NCBI GenBank assembly: GCA_000708835.1
Contig: DF237720.1
Span: 1 to 34,487 of the forward strand
Length of the DNA: 34,487 bases
Direction: 5' to 3'
DNA from: Klebsormidium nitens
Taxonomy: Eukaryota > Plantae > Klebsormidiophyceae
Part shown: positions 1 to 9,200 of the stretch, piece after piece
How positions within the stretch are numbered: position 1 is the first letter of the stretch
Layout: every line of letters starts with the position of its first letter
The notes under the pieces: generated by a model
The model's database searches: none
Seen by the model: only the letters and a program-made list of their open reading frames with translations
What the model was told of the DNA's origin: nothing
Position numbers and translations under genes: made by a program

Positions 1-937
1 TCTGCGCCTCTGCTCCTCTGCGTGTCAGGTGCTTCCAGGTGGGTTGAGTGTGATTCACACCGATCAGAGTGGCGGAGACACTAACAAAAGGAGTCTACTT
101 TGATAGTTTTGCGTCACGGGCCAGAAATTCACGGGTTCAAACCTCGCAGAAGTGCATTCTTTTTCGTTCTTTTTGGGTGTTCCGCAGAGCGGCGCATGCA
201 GAATCACTGTGGTTTCCACTAAGGTGAGCCCCCGCAGTGTGGAAGTCACGTCTGTGCCCTGCAAATTGGAAGCGCTGTAGAACCCGGCGACTCCGGCGCC
301 TTGCGGCGCAGGGCTCAACAATCCACAGCGATATTGACATAAATCGTGGCCCGTGGCTCCGGCCTAATCAAAGTCAGGCATATTTCCGATTTACCGTAGC
401 CGGAGTCATGAGTTTCAACCGAGGACCGAGTCTCGGCTCAAGGACAAAGTGCATGCAGACCCGTCGATTTCATGGCATCTACGGTACAAACACTGACGGA
501 TTGTAGCCGACGGCTGACGAAGTTGCTTTAGCGTCCGGCGTTCCGCGGAACAGAACGCCCACTTTAACAATGTGCCGGTGCGCAGATTCACCCACTCGGG
601 GTGCATAATGCACTTGACGATCAACGCTGCGGTTCCGTTTCTCGATTCCGCCCAGGCGTCGCGGAATCCGCGCTCGCGCCAGAGGGGCTGATATAGAATT
701 ATTTGCAGGCTGGTTTGGGGTTTGGCATTGCATTGGCAGCCAGGATCCTACTCGTTACGGTTCAGAAACTGAGCTCAAGTTACCTTGAGCGAGCTTGACA
801 ACTCTGTTGAAAACTCTGGCACCTTCGAAGTTTGATCGCAAAGGGGTCCTCGTTCTTCTCAAAGTTCCCTTAGATACGCGTGCCCAAGAGGTCCCAAAAA
901 GCAGCCGTGAAAGCTGACCTGCAACTGAATTGCTAAC

Positions 938-3900
938 ATGAAGCTGTGGGGGTTGCTGGCATTGGGTTATCTTCTGATGCTGTGTGCTCAAGCACAGGAC
1001 AATGAGGAGAGATTGCCAGGATGGCAGGGAGAAACGTGAGTTGGCCCATTGCTCTGCTGAATTTCAGAGACACGCTTGTCTCCATTGGCTTCTCCAAATT
1101 AGGGTTCACAAGTCGAGCAGATTCCATAAATGCCCCGAGGCTTTGCTTCTCTTCTACTCGCTGGCACAGTAGGCCATTGCTTGCAATTGGACAACATTCT
1201 TACACTCAGGAGTTGCTAAAAAGCAAACAGAGCCTTCAGCAGCTCAGTAGTTGCTATGAAGTCCTTATCAATTTCGCCCGCCACTACCTGCTCTGGGTTG
1301 CAAAAGTTTTACCTCTGCTAAGACAGGAAAAGCAAGGCTTTCAAGGCTTCTATCTGGAGCTTGGGTTTTGGTGCACATCCATAGACTCTAAAGGAAACCA
1401 GGATTTTGCTTGAAGGCAGCAGTCATTCTTGCTTGCAATTTGTGTAAACCGTGTGCGTTTCCGGAAGAATGGTACATACAGTGCAATCCGCAATTGAGAA
1501 AGGGCCTAAGCTAGAACAGAGTTTTAACAACACTATTTGGGATTGCCTTGAATGTCGTTGTATGCCCACTCTAGTGCCCATCTGATGGGCATTAAGGAAT
1601 ACTGAGGGTACATTGTCAATGGTGGTGCAGACATAGTGTAGCACGCTCGATTGCGGAGAAGAGCCAAGAAAGACGGATGTGGGTGGAGCCGCTTTCTTGG
1701 GAGCCCCGGGCTTCTGTCCTTCACAATTTCTTGGTGAGAAGCTGATTCTCCAACAGCTCCTCCGGTGCTCGCAAGTTCTTCGGTAATTCCCTTCAAAACT
1801 CCAATTTTAGCAGGTCATCAATCAGTCATTGGCCTGCAGATGTGAGTCTAGGGAGAGAGCTTTCTGCTCTTTAACAAGGCCCATGGATAGATTCGCAAGT
1901 TGCACCTGCAGGTCCCAGAACCCAACCGCTTTTCTGTGTCCTAAAGGCAGTGGCACCATGATGCAAATCATGCTCAGGGTCTGACCCGCTGTGCATACAT
2001 GGGAGCTGCCTGCTAAGGTTGAGACAGTCACTGTGTGAAAATTCACTCAAGTGTAATGTAGTTTGGCTAAAAGTTCGAATTGTCAAGGGTTTGCTTCGAG
2101 TATCGGAGAGTGAGTTACACCACAGCGATGGCAAAGCCTGAAATGTCTGGAGCCTCAATGTTCCTTAGCATTGGCAACTGAGCTTGACCCCATCGTTTTG
2201 GTACTTTCAGACGGACGACGAGTGCGACCATCTGGTCGAGGCAGCTAGGCCCAATATGAAAAGGAGTACTGTGGTGGACAGCAAAACGGGGCAGAGCGTG
2301 GACAGCACGTGAGATCCTACTGTTATAATCTCACCCGAGATTCTTTTGTCTTCATCCGATTGTGCAACTGAAGCCGACAGTGTTGCTTGATGGAAGCTTG
2401 CACTCTGAGTGGTTGCATTGAAACATTAGAAAGACGAGCCTTGAAGTTGCCCTCTTACATTGATGTGGGTTTCCCTACGGGCGGACATATTTTGGGACAA
2501 GGGATGCTTGATGCCTGATTAAGGTTCTGCGGCCAGGTTGCAAAGGCAATTGCATCTGAAAAGCACTGCTTTCTGGTCTTTGATGTTTGTCATGGAGTGC
2601 TCCAATGGGGAAAAAGGAGATCTTTGCAGAATGAACGTGTCAGCCTGTCTTTTACTCGAAAATTCTCTTCAGAAGGCTTACCAGCCAACTGATCTCATTG
2701 CACAGTCCTGGTATCGATGACAAATTTTCTCAAGCTCACGGCTTATAGAACCAAATTGTTCGCTCGTGCAGGGTTCGAACGAGTTCGGGGACGTTTTTGA
2801 TGCGGGGTCAAGATGAGATAGTGCGAGCAGTCGAGGAGCGAATCGCCAAAGTGACGTTTATCCCCGTCTGTGAGTTCCTCGACTTGCTCATCCAGAATCT
2901 TACACCACGCCAAGGCTTTGGCATCGTGCCGTATGACGGCGGCTGTGATCGGAATCTTTTGCTAGCCCAAGTCAGTCTTCAGCATCGTAAGAAGAGAGTC
3001 CTTGCGGATCGTGGTCGAGTCACTGTGTCACTTTTACGTACATGAGAACGCTTTCTTGGTTGGAGGGGGGATCCGCCCTTTGTTTGCTTCGCTTAAATTT
3101 CCACGAAGTTAATCATGCAATCCTTCATTGTACATCTCAGAGCGTTCGTTTTGAGTTCTGCACGTTGCAATCTGAGAAGCATGGTTGACAAAAGCCGTCA
3201 GGGAACATGGATATGCGCAGCTTACACGTAAGATGTCCCAGTTGGAAAAGTACTTCCTTTGGCACCGCGCTGGGCTGGGCCGGCGCTCTCTGCAGCTTCA
3301 TGAACTGTCCGCAGCATTTTCTGGTAGAGACAGTCGTCGTCTTTGTTTCAGAACCTCCTTGAAGGCAGAACTTGACCTCCTGTCACTGTTCAGTTGCGCT
3401 CTTTTTGTTCGGCCCCATGCATTTCGTAGTCCCACTCCCAAAGGATCTCATCTGTCCTGGTCACCGAGTCGGTCCGTCACTTTTCCGCAGCCCACGGAGA
3501 GGGCTTCCAAATTCTGCACTACGAGCACGGCCAAAAGTACGAGCCGCACACGGATTGGTTCGACGCGGCATCCGACGTCAACGAGATGCACACCCGCAAC
3601 GGGGGACAGCGTTTGGCCACCATGCTGTTGTATCTGTGAGTTGCGCCACCCCCCCATTTTGGTTTTGACGGAATTTTATCTTTTTCCGCAGCGCATGGGG
3701 AGGGGTTTCAGGTTCTGCTGTACCAGGACGGGCAAAAGTACGACCCGCACTATGACTGGTTCGACAGCGAGTTGCACACGCGCAATGGGGGGCAGCGCAT
3801 CGCAACGGTGCTCATGTACTTGTAAGCGCGAGCGAGCGAAGAGAGGATAGACCTGTAACAGAGACCGCTTTCTTTTGGCCTCTTGCATAAACCGGTTTAT

Positions 3901-4971
3901 TGAGAATGTTTTATCTCATTCTTGTGATATACTTCAGACGGAATCAGCGGCTTTGACGAATGCAGTTCCATCCTGTCGAAGCTGCCCAACATCAATCCGG
4001 CTTCTCGTATGGTTTTATCAATCTAGAGATTGCAACCGGACAAACCCCTCGAGTTGAAAAGCTTCGATCGCTCTCCAATTAACCCTTGTAGACCCGTTTC
4101 GTTTGGCGCACCCGTGACGAGAAAGGAAAAAGCTGCAGATGTCATTCTCCGACCCAGTCTTGTTCTCCCGGTTCCGCGCAAGCAGAATCGCTCATTCACA
4201 CCTCCTCTTTGAACCAGGACTGACGTCGAGGAGGGCGGCGAGACGGTGTTCCCGGCGGCCCACGATAGCATCGATGTGAACAGGCCGGGGTTCGACCAGC
4301 TGTCGGAATGCGGGAGGCGGGGTCCCTCCGTGAAGCCCAAGAAGGGAGACGCGCTCCTTTTCTGGAGCCTCACGCCGGAGGCGAAGCCGGACTCGAGAAG
4401 TCTGCACGGTGGGTCTCCGCTTTGCTTGCGACACTTTCAATATCAGGAAGGATTTTGCCGGAAGTACTTGGCGAACGCGTTCCTCTGTAGATGTGAGGAG
4501 GATAGACTTTGGGATCTGTGGGTCGAAAGGTCAAAGCTCTGTGGACCCGTTCGAGCTGGGGCCGATTGTATGCCAAGGTGGTGACATCTGGCCGGAAAAC
4601 TGCGCTTCTGGCAAGTTCTGAGACGTCGTGTCTACGTCATCTATGACCTTCAGCAGTGATCTCTTCAGAGCAGCGTGCACCATCTTGAAAGTTTAAGAAA
4701 CAATCCTAGCCAACCTGACGTTACAGCTTGCTCGCAGTTCGCCCCTACGCAAAGCAAATACCTAGCTCATGTGGACGCGTCTGCTTGCTATGCACTCATT
4801 GATCCTGAGTGGCCGATTGGAAAGACATGTTCCTTTGGCAGCAATTCTGCATTTATTCAGTTGGTTTTTACCATTTACCTTTTTGTTGCATGTGCAGGTG
4901 GCTGCCCAGTGTTGAAGGGGAGCAAATGGTCGGCTACGAAGTGGCTAAGAGTACATGAATACAGCATTTAG
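938..4971 (+). CDS. P4H: Prolyl 4-hydroxylase (2OG-Fe(II) dioxygenase, plant/algal P4H). Exons 938-1035, 1631-1733, 2211-2308, 2772-2869, [3491-3635 OR 3692-3821], 4218-4408, 4898-4971; 268 or 263 aa
   Basis: The spliced translation reads MKLWGLLALGYLLMLCAQA (signal-peptide-like) ...WVEPLSWEPRASVLHNFLTDDECDHL...STVVDSKTG...VRTSSGTF...KY(E/D)PH(T/Y)DWFD...GGQR.AT.L.YLTDVEEGGETVFP...KPKKGDALLFWS...SLHGGCPVLKGSKWSATKW. The HxD...H iron triad and the 2OG-binding Lys are present. All introns are GT-AG with matching phases. Confidence 0.95.
3491..3635 (+). CDS. P4H alternative exon 5a (145 nt): (S)HGEGFQILHYEHGQKYEPHTDWFDAASDVNEMHTRNGGQRLATMLLY(L)
   Basis: Acceptor ttttccgcag (3481-3490) and donor gtgag (3636). 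It splices in frame to the exons ending at 2869 and starting at 4218. Confidence 0.85.
3692..3821 (+). CDS. P4H alternative exon 5b (130 nt): (S)HGEGFQVLLYQDGQKYDPHYDWFDSELHTRNGGQRIATVLMY(L)
   Basis: Acceptor tttttccgcag (3681-3691) and donor gtaag (3822). Same splice phases as exon 5a. Confidence 0.88.
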
Positions 4972-6259
4972 GTTAGGTTTAGTGCCGAGATTTGACCTTG
5001 CTTCTGGATTACCGATGAAGTTGCAATCACGTCACATGCACGGCTGGTTGGACTCGTACACCCGCCGAAAAAGTGCAGACGGATACTCATGGTACAGGTT
5101 TCTTTCACAAGGCGCAGATGTCGTCCCCAAAAGCATTTCCAGCACGGCACGTTGTGAAGTTGTCGTTCCAGATTGCAGCCAGCCGCTGACAATTATGGTA
5201 CCTTCGAAAGCGAGTCCAATCTCAGCTTACATTTTGTATACGTATACACGGGTGTGCCAGTTTGGCATCCAATCCTACGTAGCTGAGCCGAATGCATTCA
5301 AATATTACCGTCTGTTCGGAGTTCTTTTCCGGCGGCTTGCATGAGAAGGGTTACGTTGAAACGAATAGGGCGATCTCACGAGCAGCTGCATGCCTATGAA
5401 GAGCTTGTACGTCTCTTCAGATCTGCGACTGCAGCATGCTGATGACGGAAATTGCACGCGCACCGATCGGCCCATGTAGAGCTGTTTACAAACATAACGA
5501 CCGCATTTATGCACAAGATCTCTTGATATAAGCATGCTGCGCAAATCTATCATATCTTGATGTTAATTAACTCTTTCGGTCATGTGCTTTTCTTTTCTCC
5601 GGATATCCAGGCTTAGAACTGTTGAACAAGTTAGAACAAGTTGAACAACTGTTCTTGTGTTATGACCAGGCTAGTTAGCTATAGCCATATATGCACTGAG
5701 CTCCCACCCGCCGCGCCTCTTCATTCTTTGTGCAAGATGCAGGCGGCTCACAAGTTGACTGCACCCTCACTGCATGCGAACCGTCAGTAAACGACGTCGA
5801 GCTTAAACCAACATAGCAAGAAGCCTGACCTGTGCCCCACGGAAAGCTCTGATACGTCGGGCATGTGCGCGGTCAGTCCAAAAACTTGAAGCTTGATCTG
5901 GCTGGTACTCGACAGCTCCCATCCTCTAATGTCAAAGCATGTTCGACAATTCAAGTTCTGCAGAACACAGGAAGAGAAGTCCAAGGTTAACCGACACGCG
6001 CCGTCTGATCTTAACAAGTTTTTGTGCCATGAGGTGCCAGCTTGGACTGCCTAAGTACCAGTGAGACGCGGCGCACGTTTCAGTCCAACGTTGCTGCTTC
6101 AGTCTGTCCTTCCGATCGACGGGGGTGCTACAAGAAACCCGCAGCTCGTCAAATGCCGTCAAAGTGCATGCAGAGCAAAGCGTTTGCGAGGACGTCTGAC
6201 GGATGAACGAAGTAAAAGCTCTGGGTCCTTGTGCATGACAGGCAAGAAGCTGCCAAAGC

Positions 6260-9200
6260 ATGCGTTGCGCCGCAAAGCTTTGTGCGCAAAAAGCGAGAGC
6301 GCTCTGCCCTATTCCAGAATGGAGACACGGCTGCTCAGGAATTCTGCCTTTCTTTACGCAAAAGAGATGCTCGATGCTGTCTTCTGAAGCGGCAGAGAAG
6401 ATGGAGCTCTCAACAAGCACCCTGCCTTCGGGGGAGGGGGATGCAAATCTTGACCCGTCAGAGTTCCCTCGGGGGTTTGTCAAAAGGGAAAGGGAGCGCA
6501 TCGAATTGTGTTTCAAGCAAGAATGCACTGCAAGGACGCCCGTCTGCGTTTCAGTAGAGGAAAGTCAGATTGCGGTGGAAGAGGGAAGTCAGGCTCAGCT
6601 TTCCACGACGGGACTAGAGCGCAGCTCTTCGGAGGCTTCGAGCCTGTCAGCACAGGAGGACAAACTCGCAGAGCGCAAAGCAGCTGGTTCGCAGGAGGCT
6701 GAAACAGGCGGCATGGTTGTTGAGAGTGAGGATGAGTTGGAAGACTTTCTAGCCTTCGGCTCGCCAAAAAGGCCGGAGTTGAGCAACAACAAAGAAGACT
6801 TCTCCTTCGTCCATCTATCAGATGTTCCACAGACAGCCAGTCCTTCCTTTGCCCAGAAAGGGTATCTTACCAATTCGAAAATAGGTAGAGCTACCCATTC
6901 TGAGACGCCACAGATCTCTGGTTTGCAAAAGGGATTGACCGAGGAGAAGTCGCCAGTGGAAAGCATAGAACATCTTGAGATGCTGAAACGGAACTTAGGG
7001 TTCGCTGATCCGCAAGAAAGGAGTCAAACAGCAGAGCCGGCGATCGTCCCTTATTCTGCCGCAGAAGTCTTCAACCAAGCTCAGACCCCTGCTCAAGAAG
7101 CGGTTATAGAAACGAAAGTTGAAATAAGTGACGTCAAGGTCGAATACCCGGCGGCCGCTGAGAGCGCGCCACGTCAGCAGAAAAGACCCAAAAGCCTGCA
7201 CCGGTCACCCTTGGCGCGAGTCTGCGCGTGGAGCGCGTGGAGCGCGTGCTGCGGCCGCGTGCAGCCCGCGGGCGCGGTGCCGCCGGCTGTACGCGCGCTC
7301 TTTGATGAGGTCACGGGAGGAGAGGCGAATGCAACCGTGGAGGATCTTCACGTGTTCGTGACGACGCAGCAGACTGGACCAATGGGGGAAAAGAACGGGG
7401 GCAGCCACGTGCATAAATTGAAGAAGGAACGCGTGCACCTTCGCAAGTGAGCACTTTAACCTCTTCTTTTCTCGTTCTCAAATTACAAGCGTGTGAGCTC
7501 TTTGTGCTCGATGGTCTTAATCTGGAAGGAGCTCTGATTGAAAAGATGAGTTGATACGGAGAAGATAAAGGGATTGCAAAATTTGGTCTGCACAGTCAAA
7601 TGATCCTGCCACGCTGCAAAACTTTCACAAAATGTAGATTATTCAGAGTCTTTTCTGTCTTTCTTTTTGAAAAGGCTACAGACACTGTTCAGATACGTCT
7701 GTTCAGGATTGCCTTTATGAACTCAGTTCCAAACTGCCCATTAAAACGTTTGTTCACAACCTTTCAACACGGGTATCGGCCTGCAGCATCTGTCTCGCCA
7801 TCCTCAACTTCAGGAAAGCAGTGCGAATGCAATCTTATCTGCAGGATCCTTACGATGCGGCCAGAGAGGCGGGATGAGAGCGTCGATCTCGACGCGTTCT
7901 ACGCGCGCCTCCTGGATCCGAACCTCAACGCCGCGCACGCGGCCGCGCGGGCGCCGACCCAGGACATGACAAGGCCGCTCAGCCACTACTACATCAGCAG
8001 CAGGTGAACACCCAATGTCAAACGAGATTACGGATCACAAACGTGCGATTTTCTGATGGTGTAACTTGCAAGAACGGTGGAGCCCGGGTTCTTTTGAATT
8101 GAGTAGAGTGCTCCGCCAGATAAGACAAATGGAAGATGAGGAGGTTTAGTTACACCCGTCCGTATGATAGTACGTGGAGTGCTCTCCACCGCTCCCTGGC
8201 TTACTTAAAAATCATTTGAACCTACGCCAATCTCGCCGTGGATTCTGGAAAGTATGATCGCTCTTCTACTCCCCGTTCGAAGAGTCTTAACCGCCACACA
8301 ATCACCCGATGATGATTGCAACACTTCTACAGCTTCATCTGACAAGCTTTCTATACTCATGCCGCCATCTAAAAGGCAGCTCAAACCCCCCAATTCCCGT
8401 TCTTCGATCACAGTCCCCGGGCTTCACTTGGGCCCCTAAATGGCTCCAATCACCCCGCTTCAAACAACGATACGTGTTGGAAAGTACATATTATGCATTG
8501 TCAAATACTTGCGGGCTTCTTTCCCTGCAGTCACAACACGTATCTCCCGGGCGCCCAGGTGGGCAGTCGGAGCACGCCCCGGGCCATCGCGCGCGCGCTG
8601 CTCGCGGGCTGCCGCGTCATCGAACTGGACCTGTGGCTAGAATTCGGCAGAATCGTCATCCAGCATACCACCAGGTGACGGAATGCTCGTCAATCACAAC
8701 ATATCTGGAGAGGGTCGAAGTGGTCACACGAAAATTTGTTGGTCTTTTGACTTCTACTCGCATTAATCAACGTTTTCCTTCCTCAACATAATCAAGCTTC
8801 TTCTGTTTCTTGATATACGTTCCGTTTCCGCATCATCAATCACCAAGAATTGCTCACGACGCCAGAATTCGTCTCATAATCTAGCCTCTCCATCTTTTCA
8901 TCACCTGATTGTGTCATGATTCCTGTACAATTGCAGAGCGGTGCCGTTACGAAGCAAGGTGGGCATACTGAAGTTGCTGTAGAATCATATATTTTCAAAG
9001 TGTGTCCAATGTATCGATCACACGTGACGGTAAGAAGGAACGGCACGCTGAACTGACGGAGAACCGCCTCTTGCTTGTAGAGCGTTCGCGGGCGCCGCAA
9101 GCTTTGCGGGCTGCCTCCGTGCCGTCCGGGACCACGCCTTTCGGACGTCCATTTACCCGGTCATTCTGACACTGGAAAACCACCTGAGCCCGCACCTGCA

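Noticed and set aside
1-560. Possible exon at 188-223 (tccgcag...gtgagc) and ORFs 64-321 and 237-506
   Set aside because: The splice signals look plausible, but no frame gives a recognisable protein and upstream context is missing, so I cannot support a gene call.
3185-3850. 221-aa ORF from the track
   Set aside because: It is an off-frame read across the GC-rich P4H exons 5a/5b and introns, with no recognisable motifs.
5615-5656. Short gttgaacaa/gttagaacaa repeats
   Set aside because: Only a few copies of about 10 nt with no spacers. This is low-complexity sequence, not a CRISPR array or a mobile element.
8308-8342. ATGATGA...CTGA C/D-box-like pair in PLC intron 2
   Set aside because: The boxes are only about 25 nt apart with no terminal stem, too short for a snoRNA.
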